Part shown: positions 25,501 through 38,330 of the stretch, piece by piece | Position numbering within the stretch: position 1 is the stretch's first letter | How the letters are laid out: every line of letters starts with the position of its first letter | Made by a program: the position numbers and the translations under genes | Notes under the pieces: model-generated | The model's database searches: none | What the model saw: the letters and a program-made list of their open reading frames with translations, nothing else | What the model was told of the DNA's origin: nothing | Source: Anthoceros angustus | Taxonomy: Eukaryota; Plantae; Anthocerotophyta | Length of the DNA: 64,000 bases | Assembly: GCA_010909165.1 (NCBI GenBank) | Contig: VJWM01000222.1 | Span: 236,952-300,951, forward strand | Direction of reading: 5' to 3'

Positions 25501-26499
25501 GGTGGTGAGACCTTGAAGATCCGAGCAATTTTGTTGTGTGTTTCCTTCGTGGTGACAAGGCGTGATTTACAAACCCCCCGAGCGAAATGGGTTGGCCACT
25601 AGATTTCGATCGCATTAGATCCTCAGGGCGCAATGGATCTTGTCATTTTGAAGATCACAGATCCGCCTCTTACCCATAGGTAATGCAATCACATCCTACT
25701 TCTCGTGTGAAGTTTGTGGAGATAGTGTTGTAGTTAGTTTCTCCCCATTGCCGAGGGTGTAGCTACGAGTGAGCACCATCAAGGTTAAACTTTTCATAAT
25801 CTCCTTGATTTTTTCCGATGGAGAGTAATTGTGCCTGCATCCCCTGCTTCGCAAAATCAATACCAAGGCAAAATTGAAGGTCTCCTTGATTAGTCATCTC
25901 GAATCCTCGACGGAGCATGTCCTTGACCCGAGCTAGTCAATGGCCAAAGGCTTGCCATCACGGCCATTCGTGGCTTCAAAGTACGACGGTGGATCCGCCT
26001 AACATCCAAACATGTAAGTCTCGAAACATTAGCACTGCCTTCAAGTCAATCACTGATATGGGGCTCAACCCATTCTCACGTGATCGCTTTCTTGTTGGGT
26101 ATCCAGTGAGGAGGAGCAACTCACTTCCTTCAAGTGATGGAACAAAAGATGATAAGCCTCACCATATGAGTGACTTGTCTGGCCATAAAGCTACTACAAT
26201 AGACTAATCCAAGCTTTTCTGTGGAAGTGTTTAAACTTAGTAAGGATTTAGTCAAAGACATGTGTTGTCGCCTGCTGGTATATACTATACCTTACTATCC
26301 CCTTTCTACATCATCACGAATATAGTGATATTGAACTTCTAGGCCATAAAGTACTATACTACTAATCCAAGCCCTTCTCGTGGAAGGTTGTTTAAACTTA
26401 GGATTTAGTCAAAGACATCCTGGTTGTCGCTCTGCTGGTACATACCATTTTACTATCCCCTTTCTACATCACGAATATAGTGATGTTGAATCTCTATGT

Positions 26500-27000
26500 G
26501 TTTCAGATGCATGGAACATGGGTTTGCAACCAAAGCAATTGGTCGACATATTATCAGCCATATTGTTGGCCCTTCCTGGCCATACCTGTATCCTCACATA
26601 GCTTCCTTTCCCATTCACCTCTTTGTGGCTTCAAAGGAGAGCCTTGTACTTTGATTCTATTGATGAAAGTGATATGGCTGCTTGTTTTCTACAAGACCAA
26701 TTAACAAAATGGAGCCACGGACTTTATTTCGCACTAACTTCCTTCAATTTTGTGGAAGATTTCAGAGGAGCCAAGTTTGATTGGGGCACCATCATGTATG
26801 AGGCTCACATCCATCATGTGGAGAAGCTCCTTAGGCCAAATTGTGGATGAGGAAGGCCAAGGCCCTCATATCTCAAAGACCTATTTGGTGCATTTGTGGA
26901 GACCGAGGCTCTCACCAAAGAAGGAGTGGAGGATGCTTGGCATCCTTCGAAATAATTCACCCCGCCAAGCTTAGAGAGGCCTCGCCTTCGCTGAGGAAGA
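26500..27000 (+). pseudogene. Remnant of an accessory ORF of the kind carried by plant LTR retrotransposons
   Basis: FLQDQLTKWSHGLYFALTSFNFVEDFRGAKFDWGTIMYEAHIHHVEKLL...YLKDLFGAFV resembles the DWG-containing plant TE accessory proteins. Recognised from memory only. Confidence 0.4.
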
Positions 27001-28249
27001 CGCGGGAGACCAGACACTCCACAAGCGCCAGGCCAAGGGCGAGAAGTAGAGGCAACGAGGTTGCTTGAATGGGTGGCCTTTCCCCCACAAGAGCAAGGGA
27101 AGGAGAGGCAAGGTCCCCGAGGAGGGCCGGATGGTAGTCCATGAGAGGAGGGCTACCATGTGAGGGGTGATACCCAAAGGTGGGAGGAGTTCACCATCTC
27201 ATGGGTGCCTAGGGAAGAGGCACCCCTGGGGAGGCACCTCACCTGGGTAGGGCTATCATAGGCGCCAGCCTACCATGGTAGGCAGGCGACTACCATGGGT
27301 AGGGGAGCAGCCCATCGCGGGCACCCCACGCCGAGGGGTGCCTGGCTGTAGGGAAGGGAAGGAGAGAACATGAGGGCGCCGCGGCGCCAGCCGCCATCAC
27401 CCGCTACTGGTGGGAGAGCGGATGGGGCGACAAGGTGAGGGCTCACGCCCGCGCCACATGGCCTCGAGGAGGTGGGAAAGGCTGGAAATTTCCAGCAAGA
27501 GGCCACCAGGGGCGGAATTTGGGCCCCTTATGAGATTTGCCGAGTGCTTGTGAAGCACTCACCAGGACTTGAAGGCTAGGGAACTACAGCCTCCTGTGGG
27601 CATGTCGTGAGGGAAGTCAAGGCCCAAGAGATGATCGAGAGGAGGCAGGACCAAGTGGCAAATCGGAAGCCATGGAGTCCGATGAGAAGGCAGCCAAGTT
27701 GGAGAAGGTCAGGAGAAGCCCAGCGGATCTTATAGACCAAATAAGAGCGGAAAAGGTCTTGAGGGAAGGTTGGCTCAAACAGAGGAGAGAGCTGTCCGGA
27801 GGAAGAACTTGTGGAGGCGGACCCTCAGTCACAGTTGCTAAGGGCGAGTCAAGCCTCGGAAGCCCGAATCGAGGTTAGAATAGGAGGAAGAGGATGAGGA
27901 GATGAGTAGAGGATTAGAAGTGTAGGTGTTAGTGGAAGGCCACCGTGAGCCTAAGGGACGCAATCCCAACCGCAAGTGAAGAGGGCACTTTGAGTGGAGG
28001 AGATTGGTCTTAGGAGTAGGGACAAATTGGCGTGCGGATCGTGGGGTCCCCGGCGCCCGTGGTAGGCTTTGTCGCTAAGGCGTAACTTGCAATTGTGTCG
28101 CTGTAGGTTGAGAATTGGCTGAGCAAGAAGTGCGGCAGCCCGTAAGAGGTGAGCAGAGGGCGCCTTTGCTCGCTTAGAAGGTTGAGAAGTTGTGTCACTA
28201 CGTGTAGCTACCTGCCATCACAGACCTCAAATTTTCACACGAGTCTCAT

Positions 28250-31200
28250 GACTAAACCCAACGTGACGGTTTATGACAAGGATAAGTGGCCGCCAGAGGG
28301 GAAAAACTCGAAGCCCCGGGTTTTCGCCACCACACAATCACCAAGCATGTTTGAACAACTTTCAAGCTACTTGGCTGGACGAGGCGCTGGATTTGTATGA
28401 GGCACATCAAGTCGATTTGTCCTTCTACCATCTCCACGTGAATCGCTAAGGAGTGCAGCTTGCTTACAACGGCAAGTTGGCAACGGCCGGAGTGCCCACC
28501 GTGCCAAGATTGCCGCTGAGCGCGCCACCGCCCAGCCCACCATCCGTGAGTCCGATTGTCACGAGGGTGGCAGCCACGGGGGTCCCGAGTTCATCCAAAC
28601 TCCCAAGTACCCAACCGTGGAGGAGTTCATGGCCATCCTCGAGAAGGCATTCACTTAAGACTCCTGAGAAAATAGCGAGCTAGCCAGTTCGCAAGAAGGG
28701 TGAGATCGTCCAGATGACCTTCGCAGCTCCGTGGCGAGGGCACGGATGTTGATCGACCAAGAGGCGAGAAGTTTCACGTTGGAGGGAGATCCATTGTTCC
28801 ACTTTCAACTTGTCACCTCTTTGGTGGACAAGTATGGGGACAGACTGAACAGTCCATGAAGAAGCGGAGCGCAAGGAAATCGCCAGCGTATGCTTCTCGA
28901 CACTCCAAGGCCTTCACGCACTATCAAAGTATGTTTTCCAGCAAGGGAACACATCCGGAGGCGTGGGATCAGGGGTTTCAAGCCCATTCAGCCAGGCCAA
29001 TCAAGTCAGCAGCCGCAGCCACCTCCACAAGTGCAATCGTGGCAGCCCGGATCATTTGGCTCAAGGCAAGCTTCCGTGGAAGGTTTGCATTGTTCCCATT
29101 GCAACAAGACTGGCCATTTGGTTACAGCATCCGAGCGCAAATATCGCAAGGACACCCACACCTTCACTGGACTCACAACAGCCACTGCGTCAAGGGCAAG
29201 GGCGATCACAATGAATGGGGCCAAGGGAGTGCGGCTAACGACAAGATTGCCGCATTGGAGGCAGCAGTGGCAGCACTTACCCGCCTAGGGAGCCCAGCTG
29301 GCAGCACCTCCACCTCCAAGCCCGCCGGACAGCCCATTTTGGCACCCTTGAGGAGGGAGAGGAGGATTATGGCCGCCACATGAGGCCTGTACTGTCCATC
29401 GCCTTGTGGATTCCACGCCGATTAGTCCTACCCGCCACATGGTGTAGGACTTGAAGAAGGCACATTTGGATGTTGCGGGACGCCGATCCGGCAAGAGGGC
29501 GAGGGCTGCCATGCCTAGATCCTTGCCCTGCTCCGGGCGTGGCCATCCTGCCTGGATGGATCACTGGATGGAGCGCCGAGAGCAGCCTCCACATTCGAGT
29601 CATGGGCACTGCGCAAGATCTACCACCGGACACACCTTGATCATGCAAGGTGTTGGAGACTCCTTTGATCTCCCTGCAGCTGGGCTTGGCAACATAAGTC
29701 TCCGGCTATCCCATACTCGGATCCCGGAGAGTCCCAGCCGGACACCCAATCCCACATGCATGGGGCTGCTGGGGACACCTCAGCTGCACACCACAGCTCC
29801 ATGTTCAACTGCCGAGGGCCTCAAGATTGGGATTCTCCACCCCATACCGGGATAGGAGTCTCAACAGACTCATCCCATACTGGAGGGAATCTCAGCCTTG
29901 GTCCTCAGCCCCACACTGGACGACAGCAGCCCCAATGCCAAGCACCTTCATGCCCATGCCAAGGACCGCGAGGAGAAACCCATCGGGACTCTGCCCCATA
30001 CTCGCCCGGGATTGCCGGTGGATCCCACATGGGCAGCCTCACTGACGTTTCAGTTGAGCCCACCACCATCGACCATGTTACGATGGTGGAGTGGCAGGCC
30101 ACCCACAGCCATGAGGAGGGCCAGCCACTTGAGGCGATGCGCGCCTGGCCCCAAGGGAGTACTCGGAGCACCTCGCATTCAGCCCACCAATCGCATGAAT
30201 GTGCGAGTGAGCAATGCCATGGTGACAATAGGGAAGGCCATGTCACGGTGAATGGCTATGCTCCCAAGCTTGTGTTTGGACACGGGGCATGCCCGTGATC
30301 ATTGGCAAGGCTCTCGCCCAGTTGAACTTGCAGGGAACGACCGCCATTCACCCCGAACATCGTGACAGCCTCGCGCCTGTGGAACCTGTGTGGAGAGACC
30401 GCTCACCACGCCATCACGCTCAAGCCTGACAACCACGCCATGACATTGGCCATTCATTGCCTTGTCACGACAAATGCTAACTACACATGTCCTTCTCGGA
30501 TGGAGTTTTTGTTTCCACCGCATCGTGGACAATTGACAGAGCAAGCTCACCATCGCGATTGGCGAGTGGAGGCCGCAAGCGGCGACTTTCCCTTGAATCT
30601 GCATGGCGGATTGGACCGAGTCGCCACCGCCCCAGCTACTCCAGTCCTTATGGCGACCATTCAGGCTGCCCCGGTGCTCACACACAGCCATATTTGAGTG
30701 ACATCGGAGCTTGGAGCTTGATGACTTGGATCAGGAGGCCGACCATTTGGTCACAACAGGTTTGGGAGACACTCCACCATCATTCAAGTGTCCGACCTGG
30801 TTCAGCAAGCTCTCCACGAGTGCAGCTGCAGCAATCAGCTGACAGCATCCTCCACATTGAGCAAGATGTCATCCTGGACCGCCACGGCTTCAGCATTACC
30901 TGGAACGGTGGGCCGAGGCGGAGCTGAAGGCATTGCTGGAATGGCTTATGCGGATCAGGTCAGGCGGCACATGATCGTCAATCGCGCGGCTTCCCCAACC
31001 GCTGTACCGCCCCGCCATTCCCTATCTCACCTTCTCTGCCCAAGACATCCAGCTAGCTCAGCCGCCACATCTGGGCCCCATCCACTTCGTGATTGCGGAT
31101 GGGAATGCCAAGGGATTTTCTCAAGCCGGCACAGGGGAGGATTACAAGATCCACGAACCGCCTTGTTTTGGGACCTTCACCGCATCTTGGTGGATGTTCA

Positions 31201-34200
31201 GCACTGGCCGCGCTTACTTGCCGGAGAACACCCCGCAATGGACACTCGGCCGGCAAGTTCGCTAAGACATGGCCATCATCCAGCAGCATGTGGGCACGCC
31301 CTTGCTCATGGATGCTGTCCAGTTGGCGGCTCATCGCCTGCGAAACTATTGGACCAACTGGCCCTCAACCTTTGCTAGAGTTGGTGGTCACCCGCACTAC
31401 TCGGGACCCCACTCTCAAGCTCTCCAATGTGTTGGACCTTGGCATCGCCACGGCCGTGATGTGCCGAGCTGCACCTTGCATCAAGACAACACGCCGGACA
31501 GCCCAGACCCTTCCCACCCTAGTGAGCTTTCCGGCCCCTATGCCTGGACAAGGGCAGGTCTGCTATTCAACAGCAACACCCACCTGGGAGGAGCCCAATG
31601 TGGAGGAGCGGGAGCGCCATGGGTTTCCACACCCATGCCACCGCTGCCCCTAAGTTACCGAGTGTCACCGCCGGCCGCCTTGGGCCGCTATGGATCTGTC
31701 ACCCTCACTTGGCTCATCAGCATATGTCCGGCCTTTCAGTTGGCATTCCCGCTGAGCTCCCACCCGCCCGAGGTCCTTTTCCCACATGCTGCCGACGCCC
31801 ATTTGCCCTTCCCGGATACACCACCGTCATATTGGCTTGATGTGTGGGGAGCAGTGGCATGGCCATCCCAACAGATTCTCGCATCAAGCTCGTGGACATG
31901 GGAAGTCAACTGGGACAGAGTATGGGATCGCCCCGAGTATGGGATGCCCGAGTAGGGACTTAATTCATACCAAGACCCAAGCCTCGCTTATGTGTCGAGA
32001 CTTTGGGTCATGGGGCCCCAACTCACAACAAGTGTAAAGCACGATACATGCCCTTTGCTCCAATACCGTGATCGCTTTTGCCTCCATGCGGGAATTGAAG
32101 CGAATGTGACCACCTTCCGCATCAATCTGACCAGCAAGGAGCCCATCTGTGAGGCGCAGGCTCAGCAAAACCGAGTGGGACATGGTGGATGCATGTCAAG
32201 AGTTGCTTGAAGCCGGGCTCATTCGCCCTCTAGCCCGACTATGCCGCCATGTGATGCCTCCCAAGAAGGACAAAGAACGGAATGTGGACAGAGAAGAGGA
32301 TGCGGAGACTACCGTCCTATCAACGCTGACAGCCTGTGATCGCACCCCATGCCAACGCCGGAGGAGATTTTCGACAACATTGGCAAGTCTACCTACTTCT
32401 CGATTTTGATTTAAGGCCAAGGCTTCAACCAGTGCTGCTGAAGAGGACATCAAGAAGACAGCCTTCCACGGCTCTCAGCTGTGGGAATGGCTGGTGATGC
32501 CCTTTGCTTCAAGAACGCCGTGACTTCCAGCCAGAATGGACATAGTACTTGCGGTGTTCAAGAACCTCATGTGCTACATTGATGATGTCCTGTCCACATG
32601 AGGACTTTGAGTCTCATTTGGTGCACCGGAAGATCTGCTCAAGAGATTGGGCGCTGACATGTCACCCGCCAAGTGTGAATTTGGCATGGACACCGTGGCA
32701 TACCTTGGTCAGGGTTGTGCTCGGCGGCGTAATGCCTCATGCTGCCAAGGTACAGGCCATCTTGCAGGTGCGAGCCCACAAACCTCTCGCCTGCGAGCTT
32801 CCTCGCCTATGCAACTATTAATGAGTATACATTCGGACTTCACCGCCAAGCTGTCAATGACTTGTCGGAAGGATGTTGTTTGGGCCTGGACAGAAGACCC
32901 AGCAAGCTGACACGCTGAAACCGAGCTTGACTAAGCTCCGCATGGCTGACTTTCCAAGCCGCTTGTGGTACATACGGATGGAGCATCTTGGGCCTAGGGC
33001 TAGCCCAACAAGATGAAGATGGAAAGGAACGGGTGGTTGCGATGCTTCACGCAGCAACAATCGTGTTGAAGCCAACCATGAGCTACCAAGGGAGTGTCTA
33101 GTCACAGACAAGGGCTTTGTCATTTCAGGCCACACTGTATGGCAAGCCCTTCACGCTAGTCATCGACCATCAGCCCTCAAATGGCTGATGACCAACACCA
33201 AGTTGAGGGAAGCTTGCAAGGTGGGCCATGATCTTGCAGACTATGAATTTCAAGTGGTCAATCGAGTCACACACCAAAACGCTGGACACTCTCTCTAATC
33301 CCAAGAGCTGCGAAGATGTTAGGCCGACAGACCAAGATGATGGAGATCCGCAGCATGTGGTGGCTGATGGTGGCTTTGACAAGCGGGTGATCGTCCCGAG
33401 TATGGGATGCCCAGCATTGAGCACATATGTCGGGGACAGAGGTCCAAGGACATCCGGGAAGACTCAAACTCTCCTATTTGTCCAAACATTTGATCAGCCA
33501 TTGAGCACGCTGAGCAAGAAAGAATTCGCCAGGCCCAAGTATCAATGGCGTGATGGGCATTTGCCGAGGAGGCTGACCAATGGGCTGGAACGATTGGTGC
33601 CACCACCGATAGGGAGCAGCTGATCCGCCGAGTGCACGACATGGGCCATTTTGGAGTCAAGCGACTTACGCTTGCTCCTCCCACATTTCCATTGGCAAGG
33701 GATGTACGCCCAAGTCAAACACAGTGGCCTGCAAGGATCGACATGTGGTGAAGACCTCCTTCACCATCCGTAACCCTCACTGCACCTTTGCCTATCATGG
33801 GACCGTTCTTTAGGTGGTCTTGTGACTTGTTGGGTGAACTACCCAAGACACCACGAGGGAACGTACATTCTCGTCATGATGGAGCACTTCTCCAAGTGGG
33901 TAGAGGTGGTGGCTCACGACAAGAGCTCCAAAAGCACCGCCGTGCCTTTCTTCAAATGTGCCGAGTCGCTTTGGGAGTCGAGTGCTTGACGGATCGTGGT
34001 CCGAATTCGAGGGAATTCCAAGACCGCTAGACGCAGCTACCATCGACCATCGCAGACCAGCCGAGACCATCCTCGGGATGGCCCAACGGATGGCTGTACC
34101 ATCAAGAAGGGTCTAAGGAAGCTCGCCTTCAAATGCCAAAGAGAGTGGACTTGGCTCTTCCTTACATCGCCATGGCTACCGTATGAGTCGGCATGCCTCC

Positions 34201-34770
34201 TGGCACATTTCAGTCCCTACTTGCTGCTTTGGGAGGGAACCCATGCCGCCTAGCTCAATTGCCAAGCAACTCTATGAGGTAGTGGATCCGATGATCCAAA
34301 GAATTTGGGCAACATTAGTCAGGTTGCCATTGAGCGGCAAGCCATGCCGATGGCCATGGCTAATTTGAGGATTGCCCAACATCGGGACACCCTTAGATAT
34401 GCCCACACTGCAGCCGCGCCTGCACCCAAGCTCAAGAAATTTCTGTGGGACTTTGTTTACTTGCAAGTGGAGACACCTTGACACCACCACCACGACATGT
34501 GCTTAGTTCGTGAGGTCAAGGAGAATGGTGTGCTAGTGCTACAAGGATGGACGTACCACCAAGGATCACATGAAAAATTGTGCGCCTTGCCATTTGCCCA
34601 ACTCGATCCAACCATTGTCACCGTGATTGGGTACCTCCGCTGATTACCCATGCGCGACGGGAGGATGACGACTGATGTCAGGCGACCACCGCAACGGATA
34701 CCACCTATTTTGCTTGGTACCGCCTCTCTCCGAGGTGCGTGGTACAATGTGTCGCCTCCGGCAGCCTCAA
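28250..34770 (+). mobile_element. Ty3/gypsy family A near-complete gag-pol: gag (CCHC) - protease - long linker - RT - RNase H - integrase - PHD, frameshifted
   Basis: CSHCNKTGH (about 29090-29116); NGYAPKLV..DTG (about 30250-30285); RT with RR.CGDYRP, EEIFDNIGKSTYFSILDLRQGFNQ and CYIDDV (about 32572-32589); RNase H (about 32930-33230); HDMGHFGVKR (about 33637-33665); MEHFSKWVEV; LTDRG; PYLLLWG. Confidence 0.92.
34620..34770 (+). pseudogene. PHD finger at the integrase C-terminus (copy 2)
   Basis: DHMKNCAPCHLPNSDPTI...DYPC...D(H)xxNGYHLFCLVPPLSEV..W. ORF 34675..35055 gives NGYHLFCLVPPLSEV. Confidence 0.82.
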
Positions 34771-35153
34771 AGATTGGGCACACAAGCTTCAATGGCTGGG
34801 GTAGGAGATGCTCTCAAAGATATTTGTTCTTTGCAAGGGGACCTTGTGGGACTCATACTGGATCGCCAAACTTTGGCCCATTCGCAGCTTCCCGAATCAC
34901 GGAGTGATGATAAGTGGGAGGAGGCAAGGAAGCGCAACCAGATCACTATGGGACATGGCGCCATAGCCGATCGCGGGACATGGCTGACACAGTTAAAATT
35001 GCCGGAGGATCGCTCATTTTGGGACATGGCTCCCACCGGACCGGGATCGTTCTGAGGCGGCGCCCCATAGTCCTCAAGCTGGATTGGTGGAGTTGCCCGG
35101 ACAAGCTCATACTGGACACCGTAGTCCCAAACTTTCACGCTCACGATACCGCC

Positions 35154-36276
35154 GAGGTTGCCAAGACCGGCCTGACATGGACATGGCCCCACACCGACAG
35201 CGGATCGCCCCACTGGGGACATGGTAGTCCCAATAACCGGGATAGCCGACCGGGCCCAGGCGGGACGGGCGCCCCACATGGACCGGGACTGCCGCAGCCA
35301 CCAGCCCAACGTCAAGACACAAGAACTAAGGTACACATGCAAAGAATGTGAACTCGATGTATGCTTGCTTTTATATACTACGCTTGGTTAGGCATTTTCA
35401 TTAACCAAGGACATGAAAACATATCCTTTATTTTGATTGGCCCATAGTCCAAGGATTCATTTCTTTAAATACTAGTTATAGGAAATAGATCCGTTATGAA
35501 CGGATAACTAGGTAGGCTAGAAAAGCCACTTAGTTTAGGTGTGAAACCAAACCGACCCAACCCAAACAAGGCACCGATCAACGTGGGAGGAGCACCACCA
35601 AGCGTGAGGGTTGCTTGCATCATGGCGCAAACATCAGCTGGGAATCGAGCCGGGCGGAGCGTGGAGATGATGGCGAGCGGAATGAGGACCGTGGGGCAAG
35701 GAATGAGGGTAGTCTTCAAATCGCCTCGAGCCACTGTTAGGGAGGAAAGCACTTTGTGAACCCTTGCAACTGGAAATCCAAGATCGATTAGATCTGGTGT
35801 TTTTGCTCAGCCTTCCTACAAGGCGGCTCGAAGTTCTCAACAAGAAACTCGGCTGGCCAAGAAATCTTCAAGAAATCTCGTGATTCTCGCCATTGCGGAT
35901 CCTTTTAGGAGCAGTATGCTCCCAAAGATATTTTGTTCTTTGCAAGGGGACCTTTGTATGACTCATACTGGACTGCAAACTTTGGCCCCATTCAAAGCAG
36001 AGCCCCGACACGGAGTGACGATAAGTGGCTGGCAGGGTGGCAGCTGCAATTGGACTGCCCCAGATGGGACATGGTGGCCCCATAGCGATCGGGGACCCCA
36101 TTGGGACAAGGCAGCCTCAAATGGGATCGCCGGACTGCCCCAGCTTTGGGACATGGCCCACATGGGATCGCCAGATCGTCCTATGGGACAAGGCACCCAT
36201 AGTCCTCATTAAGATTGGTGGAGTTGCCCCGGACAAGCATACTGGGACACCGTAGTCCCAAACTTTTCACGCTCAC
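35154..36276 (+). repeat. Putative 3' LTR of family A (about 1.1 kb)
   Basis: Follows integrase-PHD. Pieces recur at 6478, 14148, 43218 and 52037 with a shared sharp 3' end. No canonical PPT or TG start could be confirmed. Confidence 0.5.
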
Positions 36277-38330
36277 GACAAGAAGGGCATGGGTGTGGAA
36301 ACCCATGACGCCTCCCGCCTCCTCCACATTGGGCCCTCCCACCGGTGGGTGTTGTCAAGTTGAACAGTGCACCGCCTTGTCCCCTCGTAGGCATAGGGAG
36401 CCGTGAAAGCTCACTAGGTGGAAGGGTCGCCGCCCGCCCCGCATGTTGGTGCGGTACTAAGGTGCACGCCGCACTGCACAGCCCGTGGCCGATGCCAAGG
36501 GTCCAACACGGAGAGCTTGAGAGTGGGGTCCCGAGAAAAGCGGGTGACCACCAACTCTAGCAAAGGTTGAGGGGCCGTTGGTCCAATAGTTTCGCAGCGA
36601 TGAGCGAACCGCCAACTCGATAAAGATCTATGAGCAAGGGCGTGCCTACGCCGCCGGATGATGGCCATGTCTTGGCGAACTTGTACCGAGTGTCCACCGC
36701 CGAGGTGTTCTCTCCAAATAGTAAGCAATGGCTGAAGTGGCTGAACATCCACCAAGATGCGTGAAGGTCCCAAAACATGTTCGCGGGTCTTGTAATCCTC
36801 CTGTGTCGGCTTGAGAAAATCCTCGCATTCCCATCCCGCAATCACGGCGGATGGGGCTGGAGCTGAATGTGGCGGCAACACTGGATGTCTTGGGCATCAG
36901 AAAAGGTGCCCGATAGCATTGGCGGAAGTAGTGAAGGGAATCACGTCACAGCCTCCCCGAAGGAAAAGCAAAGAATGCATTGCGCCTTGGGACAATGGTC
37001 ACAATAAATGTAACGATCGACCAAGATGCCATTCAGAAAAAGGGCCTCTGCACCAGGCAATGCCCCCAGGCCCAAAGAAAGTAATGCCGAGGTGGCGCTC
37101 ACCACGTGATGATCCGCCGGCTCATTGTGGTGGAAGGTGCAGCTCCCGCCCAAGGGGAGTGCTGCAGAGCTTGCTGCACTGTGGAAGAGCTTGCTGAACC
37201 AGCCTGGACACTTTGAATGATGGTGGAGTGTCTCCTAGCAGTCACGTGATCAAAATGGTCGGCCTCGTGATCTCGATCCAAGTCGCAAGCTCCAAGATGT
37301 CACCAAATGCCGGGCCGCCGCCGAGCACTGGGACAACCTCAATGGTCGCCATAAGGACTGAGTAGCCAGGACAAAGGGCGACTTTGTCCAATCCGCCATG
37401 CAGTATTCAAGGAAAGTGCGCCACTTGTCGACCTCCACTACGCCAATCGGAGTAGTGAGCTTGCTCGCCCAATTGTCCACGCTGATGCCGGTGGAAACAA
37501 AAACCCCGTCCGAGAAGGACATCAGAAGTTAGCGCCGTGACAAGGCAATGAATGGCCAATGTCATGGCAGCTGGCCGTCCTGCTTGAGCGTGATGGCTGC
37601 TGGCTGAACAGCTCTCCCACACACAGTTCCATAGCTGCAGAGGCTGCCCGATGTTCCTGTGGTGAATGGCGGAGTGTCGCCTCGCAAGTTCAACCTCAAG
37701 TAGAGCCTTGCCAATGATCACGATCACTGCGCTCCTCGTGGTCCAAGAGCACAAGCTTGGGAGCATAGCCATTCACCGTGACATGGCCTTCCTATTGTCC
37801 ACTCATGGCATTGCTCACTGCAAGACATTCATGCGACAGGGCTAAATGCGGGGGTGCTCCCGAGTAGCTACTGGAAGCATAGGTGCGCCGCTCCCAAGTG
37901 GCTGGCCCTCCTCATGGCTGGGTGGCTCGCCTGCCACTCCCACCATCGAACATGGTCCATGGTGGTGGGCAATACCCACCAAACGCCGTAAGGCTGCCCA
38001 TGTGGGATCCACTCACTGCTGTAGTGTGGGATCGCGAGGCCCGATGATGGGCTTCTCCTCAGTCCTTGGCATGGAGTCAAGGTGTTCGCATTGGGATCAG
38101 CGGGCCCTGTGTGTGGACTGCTGAGGGCCAAGGCCGAGATTCCTCTGAGCCCCGAGTATGGGACCGCTGAGTTCTTGTTGAGCCTCCACCGGCTGTCCCG
38201 AGTATGGGACTGAGAATCCCAATGCTGGGGCCCTCTCGCCCACCTCGCTAGTGGAGCACCTGCTCGCAAAATTTGGAACGGTCAGACTCCGACCATCCCA
38301 AGGAACCCAATGTTCCTGCAGTTGGAGCTT
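36277..38330 (-). mobile_element. Family A gag-distal, protease and linker fragment (noisy homologue of 7238-9150)
   Basis: Collinear with 7238-9150; MAMLPSLCSWTT is an out-of-frame reading of NGYAPKLVLLD. Confidence 0.8.

Noticed and set aside
28250-34770. Programmed ribosomal frameshifting or RNA editing explaining the broken frames
   Set aside because: Indels are too frequent, fall inside catalytic motifs, lack slippery sites and differ between copies.
34801-36276. DIRS/Ngaro tyrosine-recombinase element suggested by the odd terminal repeats
   Set aside because: The element encodes a DDE integrase and a protease, and no tyrosine recombinase motif was seen.
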